Counted from the first letter of the stretch, positions 36,055 to 48,149 are shown. The stretch: 64,000 nt of DNA from Chrysemys picta bellii (GCF_011386835.1 NC_088791.1:179924001-179988000), one strand, 5' to 3'. Translations and numbers: made by a program. The notes: generated by a model not told the origin, from the letters alone.

Positions 36055-36520
36055 ACTAACATTGTAAGGTCTTTTATATGGATACCATCTTTTTGTTATA
36101 TGCGTGTACGTACAATGCCTAGAACAATGAGACCCTGATTCCTCAGGTGCTATAGCAGGGATCGGCAACCTTTGGCCCGCGGCCCGCCAGGGTAAGCCCT
36201 CTGGCGGACCGGGCCAGTTTGTTTACCTGTCGCGTCCACAGGTTCGGCTGATCACAGCTCCCACTGGCCGCAGTTTGCTGCTCCAGGCCAATGGGGGAGG
36301 CAGGAAGCATCAGCCAGCACATTCCTTGTCCTGCACCGCTTTCTGCAGCTCCCATTGGCCTGGAGTGGTGAGCCACGGCCAGTGGGAGCTGCGATCGGCC
36401 GAACCTGAAGATGCAGCAAGTAAACAAACTGGCCTGGCCCACCAGGGGGCTTACCCTGGCGAGCCGCGTGCCAAAGGTTGCCAATCCCTATGCTATAACA
36501 ATACAAATAATAAATGATGT
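36055..36520 (+). mobile_element. Old L2-tail SINE/LINE 3' end, split by a hAT MITE
   Basis: attgtaagg..tctttt..tgttat..gtacaatgcctagaacaatg..ccctgat..ggtgcta|MITE|taacaatacaaataataaat. Antisense relics of the same tail at ~8215-8300, 21930-22015, 40690-40760 and 52350-52440. Confidence 0.55.
36156..36490. mobile_element. hAT (Buster/Charlie-type) palindromic MITE
   Basis: TIR cagggatcggcaacctttggc / gccaaaggttgccaatcccta; TSD tgctatag / tgctataa (36148-36155, 36491-36498). Confidence 0.93.
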
Positions 36521-36947
36521 GTGACATTGTGCCATATCTGTGCTCCAGTCATAGACTCTGAGGGCCAGCTCACACTTCAGCACTAGAATTTCAAAAGAGG
36601 GAGGCATACTTGGGGGAGTTTTTGAAAACCTGGCAATTAATTTTGGTGCTGAAGCGGGAGCTGAATTCTTTTGGAAACAAGGCCATGAATGTATGTGCTG
36701 AACCCTTCTAAAAACTGCAGTCTGACTGAGATGGGCAAAGGAAGAAATAGGATCCTTATGCCTATTCTCTACTCCTAGGCTAAAATCAGAACTTTACAAA
36801 TGCCTGGGAACAGGAAGTGAAATAGTGGAATAGCCTATTGGTCCAGCTAACCAGGTATCTTGCCACTGACAGGGGGCCTATTCATGATGCTTCAGAGATA
36901 GGAGAACACCCTTTCTCTCCTATAATACATCAGACCAATTGTGTAGT

Positions 36948-37142
36948 AGTAACCCATGTTTGCTTGGTGTGGCACTCTGTCCCCCGCTAGTGGCACCTAG
37001 CCCAGCTAGAGATTGATAAATCTGTTAGACTTAGCTAACAGCCATGTGGCTTTTCGCTCATGCAGTAGAGACTCAAACACTAAGCTTCAGAGGTCCCGGG
37101 TTCAATCTCACCTTCTGACGACTGGGGTCTGTCAGCATTACA
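36948..37142 (+). mobile_element. Short LTR-like element ((t/a)gtaa...ttaca) containing a tRNA-derived segment
   Basis: Termini agtaaccc ... cattaca; possible 4-bp TSD tagt/tatt; internal tRNA-like segment 37048-37120 (cgctcatgcagtagag ... gaggtcccgggttcaatc). Left boundary partly from recollection of the turtle repeat. Confidence 0.6.
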
Positions 37143-38015
37143 TATTCATCTGTTGTTAGTCCTGAAGGTATGTATGGAGATGAACTTATATCTTGAAGCA
37201 TGAGCACTGATAATTCTTGTAAATTTTGTCCTAGCCAGTGTAATCACAGATGCCATTGTTCGTCACAGAAAAGGAAAAGTCCTAATATTTTCTTGAATCA
37301 TACTTCATTATTTAGTCATGAAGAGTGGGGAGTAGGGCGGGGGTGGATTCCACTTTCTAATGGGGGGGGGAAATAATCAAATTTGTAAGAATAAACTAAA
37401 TTATTTCAGGCCAAATAGCTGTTCAGTTCAGTTCTAAGTTATAAAATTCTCCAAAATGGGAGTTAATAAAGAGAGAAACTGACCTTTTAACTTTCGCAGC
37501 ATTGCTGGGTGATGATATAATGGGTGTATGGTCCATGGTGTCTGAATGAGTTATGAAGACTATTTCAGTAGTGTCGGCAGAACTGACAGCCTCCTAGCTA
37601 TAAATTATAGTGGTGTTGCCTTACTTTTAAGATAGTTAGCTGAAAATGGGCACATTGCCTTTCTCCATCTGCTGCCTAGTTGGAGTTCTTAGGGTGTAGA
37701 AGAAATTCACTTTCAGGGATGTTTGGGAATGGATTAGCAGGCTGGGTCCTGATACATAATTAATTAGAGGCATGGCAGCCATGCTGCTGTTAGCTAATCT
37801 AGAGCTAGCAGAGAAGGATGGATTGGAGTATCCTCTTATCTTCCCAAAAGCTGTGCTATGATTGGATTTAGGATTCCTTTAATGCCTGTGGAAGCATATT
37901 GCCATACCACTTATCCTGTGGGAATATCTACATGTTTAGATTGTTCCCCTCCCCACCTCCTTAATTCTCTGCTGCTGATTCTTTGCCTAGCTGTTTGTGG
38001 GGTACGTGAAGGGAG

Positions 38016-38428
38016 CAGGGCCGGTGCAAGGAAGTTTCGCGCCCTAGGCGAAACTTCCACCTTGCGCCCCCCCAGCCCTGCGGCAGCTCCCCGGCCCTGA
38101 GGCTTTCCCTCCCTCTGCCCTGATGTGCCCCCCCCGCAGCAACTCCCCCCCCGGGGAGCCATGCGGCAGCTCCCCACCCCAGCTCACCTCTGCTCCGCCT
38201 CCTCCCTGAGCATGCCGCCTCCCTTCTAATTCTCCTCCCCTCCCAGGCTTGTGGCGCCAAACAGCTGATTGACGCCGCAAGCCTGGGAGGCGGGAGAAGT
38301 GGAGCGGCGACTGCGAGCTCAGGGAGGAACGCTGTAAAAAAAAAATTGGGGGCAGCGCTTTTTGGCGCCCCCAAATCTTGGCGCCCTAGGCAACTGCCTA
38401 GTTCGCCTTAATGGTAGCACCGGCCCTG
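38016..38428. mobile_element. hAT MITE
   Basis: TIR cagggccggtgc / gcaccggccctg; perfect TSD gaagggag (38008-38015, 38429-38436). Confidence 0.95.
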
Positions 38429-39568
38429 GAAGGGAGGAAAGGAGGGCTTCCAGACAGTCCAGAGGAGTCATAATCTAGTTTCTTATAGAGGCTAAACTAC
38501 AGTGTCCCTTTAAGAAAGCAAAGTGTGGTAGAATATTAAAATCCTATAGTAAAGACTGCTGTTTTAGAAGAGTTAGTTGGTGATTATGATTATTGACTGT
38601 TGCAAATCTGAGCAATTCCCAGACCAGAGTATTTACTTAATGTTTTGGGGTTTCTAATATAAAATATTTTATAGTACAGAGAAGACATTTTTGCCCAGCT
38701 CTACTTTTTAAGATGTGTATCTTTGCACACATTTGTGTCTGATTAGGCACTGTCTACACATAATAAATAGATTTTTAAGCAGTTCCAAAGTAAACTCTAA
38801 ATTGTCCTATAGAGGAATCTGTACATTTATATATGTACACACACCATCTACAGGAAGATCAAAGAGCTGTAAGGACATTTTCATCAGCGGTCTTTTTTTA
38901 TGTCCTATCTTGTGTGACAAATCAGATAACAGTACAATTTATATTCCTAGGGGAGTGAGTAATCTTCTGAGGTGGGGTGAGTATGCCGGTCTGACAGATT
39001 AACCAAAAAGAGGAAATATGATTCACAACTGGAATCTAGTGAATGCAAGGTGCTGAACCACACAATGTTTCCATTCTGTGGCATTTCAGTAAGGTTTGGG
39101 TGAGAACAGAGATGTTTTGTAATCAGATGCATGTGGTGGCGGACAATGGTTTTTCTGTTTCTTTGTTTGCTTTCTTGACATACCTGCATAGCCTTTCCTT
39201 GACAAGTGCAGAGTAATTGACTTTATGTACTCCACTAACCTTTTAACAACAGTTTGAAAAACAGAGAAATCGTTACATATATATTTTATCAAATATAGCT
39301 TATAGCATCCCCCTTATTGTGCCCAGGTCTAGCCCACGGCTTAACCCCTGCCCTCGAAAGAAATAATAATACAAGAGGACTATCCTTGACTATAACTGCC
39401 CAATCATCAGCTAAGCCTCACCCCAACAACCTGATAAAAGAGAGCGAGAAACAGGCTTTGCACTGTGTCAGGAAGGTTAACATATCTAGCAGACCAAAAG
39501 GGGAAGCAAGTTCCAGAGTTGAGGACCCCTCACAGAGTGCACCCTGCAGGCATCCCCTTCTTTGACAA

Positions 39569-39746
39569 GATCATAGAATATCAGGGTTGGATGGGACCTC
39601 AGGAGGTCATCTAGTCCAACCCCCTGCTCAAAGCAGGACCAATCCCCAGACAGATTTTTGCCCCAAATCCCTAAATGGCCCCCTCAAGGATTGAACTCTC
39701 AACCCTGGGTTTAGAAGGTCAATGCTCAAACCACTGAGCTAGCCCT
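39569..39746 (-). mobile_element. Near full-length turtle tRNA-derived SINE with CR1-like tail
   Basis: Minus strand: tagctcagtggtttgagcattg (A-box), gagttcaatcc (B-box), CR1 tail ending attctatga. Confidence 0.95.
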
Positions 39747-39829
39747 AATGGCAATCTCAGTCATATTGATGGCCAATTATGGCATTAAGTCAGGGGGGAG
39801 AGGCAATCTCATGTAACCAGGTCCCAAAT

Positions 39830-40010
39830 CATTTAACCTTCATAGGTTAAAACCAACATTGTATTCTACACAGATACAAACTGGGAGCCAGTGCAGATCC
39901 CGGAGCACTGCTTTACATCCAACTGTACTTAAGAAGCAGGTCATAGCATTCTGCACTAATTTCAGCCTCTGAATGGACCTCATATAGAGCTCATTAGAAT
40001 CCAGAGGTGA
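39830..40010 (-). mobile_element. L2 LINE ORF2 3' fragment
   Basis: LDSNELYMRSIQRLKLVQNAMTCFLS..VLRDLHWLPVC, matching the L2 motif LQLVQNAAARLL..LHWLPV. Confidence 0.75.
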
Positions 40011-40015
40011 TAAGG

Positions 40016-40413
40016 AGAGCTGGACAAATAATGGATTTTTCATTTTTCTATCAATTCCAAAAAATCAAAATATCCCTGTTTTAATTCAAACCAAAAATGA
40101 AATTTTGTGATGTTTTTTGGCAAATACAAAATTTGAAAAAAATCATTTTCAGCTGAACAAAACATTTCATTTGACCCCCCAAAAATATTTAATTTTGATT
40201 TTGCGCATTTTTTATTTTTAATTATTTACAATAAAATTAAAAGCAATTTCAAAAGTTGTTTTGAATTGAGAAATCAAAATGTTTCCTTTCGATAATTGTT
40301 CTCATTTTTTCCAACCAAAACAATTAAGTGAAACTGATACAAATTTCCAAAATGTTTCATTGTTATCAAATCGGCATTTTTCAGCCAGCAAAAGCTTGGC
40401 TGAAATTTTTCTC
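40016..40413. mobile_element. AT-rich non-autonomous DNA transposon
   Basis: TIR-like agagctgg ... ccaggtcta; internal poly-A/T tracts typical of a common turtle element (recalled). Confidence 0.5.
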
Positions 40414-41905
40414 CCAGGTCTAATGACTAGCTGTCTGTTGACTATTTACTTAATAGGTTTATGTGCATGGCCTGATAATAGCTGTATTGTAAATTTTCTG
40501 AGCTCTTTAGACAGTTATTTTGCATCTATCACTTCTGAAGTGCCTCTTATTGATATATGTTGTGTTGTATTTAAATATGTTAAACATTTTCAATACATTC
40601 AAGCTTCTGTAGCAGCCTTCCCTGTCCGACAATCTTCTCCTCATTATTATTGTTATTGTTTTTAATATTCATATTATGGTAGTATCCACAGCTCACTCAG
40701 AATCTAGGCTCAAATGTGCTAGGCACTGCACAAAACCTAAGAAGACACTCTCCTTGTCCTGATGCCAAAAAGAAAGCATGCTTCAAATTTCTTGGTCAAG
40801 GTCCAGACTCCAGAGAAAATAATAGAAAAATAACAATAATAATAAGTAAATAAAAAGATGTAACGGTCCGTTCAAAAGCGTCTGGATTTGTCCACCTACT
40901 ACCTCTGATATAGAAGTTCCTTTTAAGTCTGTCCCACAGCAGTATCAAGTATTAAACATTTGACTGCTTCCTTACTTACAAATATTGCATATTTTAAAAC
41001 GTTTGCACTGGCTTTTCATCTACTATTAATGTCACAATAGAACACTTCGTTTCTTTTCACTTGATAAGAGACCAGTGTGCTAAGGAAGAAGATGGCCAGT
41101 TCTGTTTGTGGTATGTATATACAGGCAATACTGACACCTACCAGTAGCTGCAATATTCTGATCTTTTATATTTAAAGAGCTTTTCTACCCACAGCGATAA
41201 TCACAAATCACCCAAGTGTGGGAATATAAAAGGAGAATACTAAGTCCTGCTTGAAAACAGTAAAGCGGACAAAAAGAGCCACCCATGAGCAAAAATGGAG
41301 AGTTGATTTATCTTCTAATATTGAGTCTTCTGAATTATATTAAGAGGCTATTATCTAAAAAGTGCTGCTTAGGGATACTGATTGGGCTCAAGAGTCCCAA
41401 TCATTTGAGGAAGACCTATATTTTGAAATTCAGTCAGTGCCAAACTTATAAATTTATCCTCTATCTGGTTTGGGGGGTGGTAAGGTGAAAGAGGGATGAG
41501 TTAAAGAGGACAAACCTGTAAATTAATCAATTTGCCAGTTCTTTTCAGATTCTTTGTGAACTGGCTAGCAAACAAAGCTATTTTATAGAGGCTCTCCCAC
41601 AGTTCTGTCTTCAGCCTATTTAAACTAAGATGTGTACATTTACCTAAGTCTGTACTTTAAACACTTCAGTCTATTGTTAATGTCCTTCCTATTAAATTTG
41701 GTGAATAACTTGGACAGTTTCTCAGCTTTGTGTGATTTCAGCTTGATCCTGCCCTTTCCATCCAACTCTAGGGTAGTTACATGGGTTCCTAAGGAAGCTG
41801 CAAGTCACTCTTCTTCAAAAAGATTCCACTGAGGTCATGACTCATTGTTAAAATAGAATACCAACCAGGAAGTATAGCAGCACGACTATAGATTTATTTT
41901 CCACT

Positions 41906-42128
41906 TAGGGCTTCTCGAAACGGGCAAGTTATTGTGAAATAAACTATAGTGTGAATTTAAAGTGTAATAACTCCCCATGTGGACAATCTTATTCTTCATC
42001 TCTGCAATTTAGCTTAATCCACTTCCAAAATGGATTAAACTAAACCTCACAAAAGCACTCTTCGTGTGGAATAAAAGTGTCCAATAGGGAATTAGTGCGG
42101 AATAGTGATTCTGAGCTATTTTCCTCAG
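41906..42128. mobile_element. Old Harbinger-type palindromic MITE relic
   Basis: Internal palindrome (aataactccccatgtggac ... gtgtccaataggggaatt; ttaatccacttccaaaatggattaa). Confidence 0.45.
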
Positions 42129-43429
42129 ATAAGCTTTAGAAAACAAGTGTGTTCTGCACATTGCTAAATTTTATCGCCTAAATTCCAGCTTTCCAGGCCA
42201 CAGGCTCATGTAGAATGTTAGTAGAAAGTCCTCCTACAAGGTAACCTAGATCATGCTAACAAACAAGTTTATCTTCTACAGAGAAAAAGTTTTTGAAGCT
42301 CCCTATAGATAGCAAAAAGATTCCTTTATAAAGTGGCTTCTGAGGAAGTTACTAGACAGAGAGAGAAAGAGGAGTTTATTCCTTTAGGCTCTTTCAGCTT
42401 GTCTATTTTTTCCCATCCTACTTGTCTGAAGTACCAGGTAACTTTCCTCTTCCTACACTTAGATAAATCCCAGACTTGGGAAATGTCTTCAGTTACCTGC
42501 ATCAAACATGCCTATCATATCTCATCAGGACTGAAAATCTGCAAAGATTTGCACTCTTCTCTTGTTTTCTTTACAACACTACATACCATGCCCTTTTGTA
42601 TTAGCTGAAACATCTTCTGATGCAAAGACCAATCCTAAAAGACTTATTCTTTAAACTTATGTGGTTTCAGAAAATGCTTGTCCTGGGGCATTTTTCCTGC
42701 TAACAGAAATTCCAATATAATGCTATGGGTAGAAGCATACAAAAATAGTATATGAAAGTATAAAACTCTATACAACACTTTCTGTTGTGTATGGATTCTA
42801 CATGGAATTTACCCAACTTGTAAGCTTTCAATGAACGGTATATAATTATACAATGAATAACAGCCTTTCCATTCAAGTTCACTGATAGAAAGATAACTCA
42901 CCCGAGGAATTGCCCGGGGTAGTGCTGTCAAAAATTGCTCATTTTCCTAACACACATGGCATGGCCTTGTTTCTTGTATAGCATCACCAACAGTGTATTA
43001 GTTGCTTTTACAGACAAGTAGAACCCTTGAGAGCTATTGCAAGAGAAAACACTATTTGGTAGCTGTTTTGTGGCCAACATGACAGAAATGGGATTGTGGG
43101 ACACTTTCAGGCATTGTTGTCTTCTAGCACAGGGGGGTTACTATTCTTATTTGTGAATCATTACCTATTTGCTTTCTCTTTGTTATTAATTTTAGGGCTT
43201 TTATTGACTTATATGAACTCTTTTATGGATATAATCCGTAAATAAAATTATGTAATATATATAATTTTTTGATGTAACACAGTTTAAATAATGCATATTT
43301 CCATAGTATGTGTTGTAAGCTCCAAAACTTGTTTTGATTTTTCTAAAATTAAAAAGTTATCAAACATTAGCATTTCCTAATAAATATTTAATATATCTCT
43401 CTATATTTTAAATCACAAGCTAAACAAGG

Positions 43430-43660
43430 TCTAGTGTGGACAGCACTGGGAGTAAAACCTATAGGTCTGCAGGAAATGATCTTGTTGATGGAAGTTAAGG
43501 ATTGACAGTAGCAGGTTGCCAAGAGAACAATAGGATGTTTTCCCAAAATATATGCTCTAGTTCAAACAGGATTAATTCAGGAAAGTTTGATGGCTGGCCT
43601 CATACAGGTGGTCAGACAAGGGGATTACAGTGATCCCTTCTGGTTTTATAATCTAAGATC
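43430..43660 (+). mobile_element. Old CR1-type 3' end fragment
   Basis: ..gatggc..tacaggtggtcagacaag..acagtgatcccttctgg..ttataatcta, a CR1 3' tail pattern. Confidence 0.45.
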
Positions 43661-46078
43661 CAAGTCTATCCTGTTTACTCTGTGAGGATTGTAGGGCAGA
43701 TGAGAGGTCATAAAACTGGTTGGAGAGGGAAATAAGATGCAGATGAGATTAAATGGATTTCTGACACTTGAGAAAAAGGGATTATAGATATGCTGGGATT
43801 TTGATACCCCTGAATCTCCCTGAGAGCTTCATGCAGGGAGTACCAAGGGATACCTCTACTGTGGGCGACATACTGAGAAGGAACAATCTCTTGAATTTAA
43901 ACCAGGAGAAGAAAGCCTTGGAGAACCTGAAATTCTTTTATTACCCAGAGATTTACCGTGGTTTAAATGTTACTAGAAGGAAGAGGAAATGCATATCCTC
44001 TGTTAGTATTTCAGAATAAGTTTTGTGCTTTATCTATATTATTACTCCTTTCTAATGTTCTTATACGTCTGAAATATATCCACATACATATTGGTGCAAT
44101 GGTAAAAAGGTTTAATCAGACTGAGTTTTGGGATTGGTACTACGTATGAGTCTTTTACGTGTGCAGCTGTGGTTTAAGACTCCTCCCTCTTCTCTCCCAG
44201 GTGTGTGGTATCACTGATATTTGAAGCAGCTTTGCCACTCTCCTTGTGCAGGTTGAGTCCCAGGTTTTTTTCTTGGTGCCTGATGCCTCTACTTAGAGTC
44301 ACTCCCTATTGTAGCATATATGCAAGAGTGCTGTGCCTTTAGAACTCAATGTTAATCCTACAAGCTGGCAAGGAGTGTAAGTACCTATACTCAGGGGACA
44401 ATAAAGTAAATTAAGCAAAGGAACGATATACCAAAAATAACAGTATATCAAATAGAGGAACTTTATAGGAATAGGAAAATAGGATCTGTGGAAAGAACGG
44501 ATTAAGGTTAACTGCAAATTAATCAACATTTATAATTAAGCCAATCCCCCCATCTCCTAACACCCTCAAACTCCTCCAGCTCCCTCCATGGCAATTTCCC
44601 AAGGTGGATGGTATGACCCAGGTCAAATGTCCTGAGATGGAGTGTTGCAATGCTGTGACAGTGGCCAGCTTAAATAAAAATCCCCTTACTTTTTCTTCAC
44701 CTGTATGTGGGGTAGGGTTCTCTCATGTCTCCAACCATGCTCACTGGTTCCCTGATCTGGAATTCTCCTGTGGCCTCAGCTGGCTCTTGGTAGCCAATGC
44801 TGGGTTGTATCTCTCTCACTCTGATTCTGGTCACCACAGATCCAGTGCTCGAGTTGTCTGTGCCGTGCAGCTCCTTAGAATGCAAAAAATCTCCTTTCAG
44901 AGGGAGAGGGGATTTAGCAGGGACTCCATGAGCTGCCCTGTCTCTCTTCCAGCTTTCATATTAAGGACTGGTCTACACTTGAAATGTAAGTTGACCTAGC
45001 TATATCACTCAGTGCTGTAGGTGTCAGGAGTTTAAGGTTGATATCTCAATCCCCAGTAGAGCTGGAAGGGCTGTATCCCATTGGAAAGGAAGGATTGGTC
45101 TGTAGCTCAACAGCATGGAATTACGGTGGAGAAATTGCACTTTTCATAGAGTCTGAATAAAGCTGAGTTGGTTTATGTACAGTATTCATGTGTAATTCTG
45201 ATGTTTTTGTAAAGATTAAATATTTTTGAGCTGTAACAGGAGGATGGATGAGGAGGATCAGCGTTGTGTCCATGAAACAGTTTCAGTTACAAAATATTTT
45301 TTTCAATATAAAGTTGCCCTGAAGGCCTCACCTATTTCTGGATCTGCCTTTGGACTGGCACACAGGATTGCTATGCAGAAGTACTGTCTTTATTTATAGC
45401 AAGGTGTTTGCCTTGCAGCTTGAGAATGACTTCCTTGCTCAAACAATGAGACAGTCCAACCATCAGATGATCACTTTTGCCTTGTAGTACTTTTGCAAAA
45501 CTCAGCATTAACCCTAAGGCAGCTTTTAGACTAGTGGAAACAAATTGTTTTCCGCATGGTGGACATGGAAGCTAAAGGTCAAAAGTTAAATTTTGTCAGG
45601 TTCCTGCGGCAAATTGTTTTTGATCCAATTGCTGCTCAGGAGACCTGCAGTACTTTCATTTGCATTGGGTGTGGTAGCAAGGGATGACATCCAACAAAAA
45701 TATCCCTGAAACATACACCAAAATAATTTACTTGTATGTAATTATGACATTCTGTTTGTTCTTTTTGTATTTGAAAAAACATTGTGAAGAGATCTATTTT
45801 GTTTTGTAGGGTAAAAAGGGAGAAGGGAAGTATAAGGTGAAATGATGGAGCATCTTTCTTGGACAGGAAAATGAACAATAATGAACTGGAGGAGAGAGTT
45901 GGAGTGAGGGAAAAACAGTGACTTCCCACCACTATATTTTAGTTCCCTAAATTTCCACTATAAAATAGCATGAAGCAAAGAAATAGCATCAGGGACAGAA
46001 TTAGTGAAATCAGTAATGTGTGGCCATAGTGACGGATTTCCCAATGATTTCTGGGTCCTCCTAATTCATCCTGTCTTA

Positions 46079-46392
46079 CATCGGTGCTGACTTTGTTTTC
46101 CCTAGAGGCGCTCCATGGCCGCTCTGCCCCAAGGCCCTGTCCCTTTCCGCAAGGCCCTACACTCACTCTGCCTCTTCCTGACCCTGTTCCGCCCCCTCCC
46201 TCAAGGCTTTGCCTTTGCTCTGCCCCTCCCTGCAGCCCACCGCTCTCTGCCCCTCCCCCAAGCTTCTCCCTGAGCCACCAATCAGCTGTTTGGAGGCGCT
46301 GTCAATCAGCTGTGGCTGGTGGCTGCTGAGCACCCACTACTTTTTTTCCTTGGGTGCCCAGGACTGGAGCACCCACAGGGTCAGCACCTATG
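46079..46392. mobile_element. hAT MITE
   Basis: TIR catcggtgctgac / gtcagcacctatg; TSD ctgtctta / ctgtccta (46071-46078, 46393-46400). Confidence 0.88.
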
Positions 46393-47104
46393 CTGTCCTA
46401 TTGCCTCTAATCAGCCCCTGTTCTAGTTAAAGCAAAAGAGACAAGCCAAAGAATAAAGCAAGTGCCATTAGTCAAAACAGACCTGTGCTGATGCAGAAGG
46501 CTGTAGTTGTGGTTGATGATAGTAGGTTCCATAAATTCATGAATTTAATGTTTTATGGGCATTGCTGAGGAGAGTGATTCTTCTGTCATGTAGCTTTTAT
46601 TTTTGTGTTTGTGTGTACCTTGTTCAGTTCATTTCTTTTAGTGTGACATAATCACTGTTATTTTTTTTAGCCAAAACAAAACTTTATATTTGCATAAGGA
46701 CTTGCAAGCCCATTTTCTGTTGTTGGGGAAGGCTTTGGAACACCCTAGTTCCTAGTTTGCATCATCCAGAAAAAAAAATCCAAATGTTCCATGATTATTG
46801 ACACATTTTGGCAATTTCAGCAGAGAAACCATAGACTGAATGGTTATGGAAGACTGAATTACTCTCCCATACACGTAGTCTCTTTGTGAGAAGTCAACAT
46901 CACATTAGCAGTTTGGTATAGGAATCTGTGCACTGTTGCTGCCTGTACAATAATTCTTCCATAGATAGAAAATTTAATTCTCCAGGACTCTTAGTCTGGT
47001 ACTAATTATTAACTCTGAATAAACTGACTTTTTTGTTTTGTTTTGGAGTTGCAAGTCTGGAAGGAGCTTATTACGAAGGAGATGCAGCAAAGGCTTATAT
47101 CAAA

Positions 47105-47580
47105 GATTCATAGATTCTAGGACTGGAAGGGACCTCGAGAGGTCATCGAGTCCAGTCCCCTGCCCGCATGGCAGGACCAAATACTGTCTAGATCATCCCT
47201 GATAGACATTTATCTAACCTACTCTTAAATATCTCCAGAGATGGAGATTCCACAACCTCCCTGGCAATTTATTCCAGTGTTTAACCACCCTGACAGTTAC
47301 GAACTTTTTCCTAATGTCCAACCTAGACCTCCCTTGCTGCAGTTTAAACCCATTGCTTCTGGTTCTATCCTTAGAGGCTAAGGTGAACAAGTTTTCTCCC
47401 TCCTCCTTATGACACCCTTTTAAATACCTGAAAACTGCTATCATGTCCCCTCTCAGTCTTCTCTTTTCCAAACTAAACAAACCCAATTCTTTCAGCCTTC
47501 CTTCATAGGTCATGTTCTCAAGACCTTTAATCATTCTTGTTGCTCTTCTCTGGACCCTTTCCAATTTCTCCATCTTTTTT
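47105..47580 (-). mobile_element. Young 5'-truncated CR1 LINE
   Basis: Reverse complement matches 15397-15875 with about 5 substitutions and 2 small indels by manual comparison. Confidence 0.97.
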
Positions 47581-48016
47581 AACATGAGGTGTCTCCAGTT
47601 ATAGTCTGCTGAATTTGAATGATTTAATAAGTGACATTTTATTTGCTAATATTCAAAGCACAAAACGCATCTGCCTATATCCCAGACTCCACAGTCTTTA
47701 AATATACCCAAGCTTCCCAATATGGAGCTAGAGTTTTTTAAAATTAATCTACACATTTCCCTATTTACTAAAGTCACAAACTTTCAATATTTGCCAACAA
47801 AAGGGTACATGGATAGATGATAGCACAATTTAGTAATCAAATTCTTGCCTTAAATAAGTTTAACAATTCACTTACTATCACTAAAAATGTTTGGTTCTCT
47901 ATTTCCCTTTTTCAATTTTCTACGTATCTAGTTATTCCTAATGCACCTAATACTGCATTATCTGTATCTGAGCAATTCTTTATATATTTATTTGTGTTGA
48001 TATATTTTATATATTA

Positions 48017-48149
48017 GGGCCTGATTCTACTGCTCTTTCTCACCTTGAGCAGTACCTTACTATACAATTAGTCCATTGAATTGAATGGGTATTACTTGTA
48101 TAGTAAGGAGGTACTCAAGGTGAGTATGGGTGGCAGAGTTGGGCCGTTA
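48017..48149. repeat. Ancient palindromic MITE relic (Chompy-like)
   Basis: gggcctgattct..ctcaccttgagcagtaccttactatacaa..ccattgaattgaatgg..ttgtatagtaagg.ggtactcaaggtgag..ttgggcc hairpin. Confidence 0.7.

Noticed and set aside
39690-39746. tRNA-like A/B boxes
   Set aside because: SINE head, not a tRNA gene: no full cloverleaf and it continues into a CR1 tail.
43768-44019. 83-aa ORF with protein-like composition
   Set aside because: TTG start, no splice signals, no recognised family.
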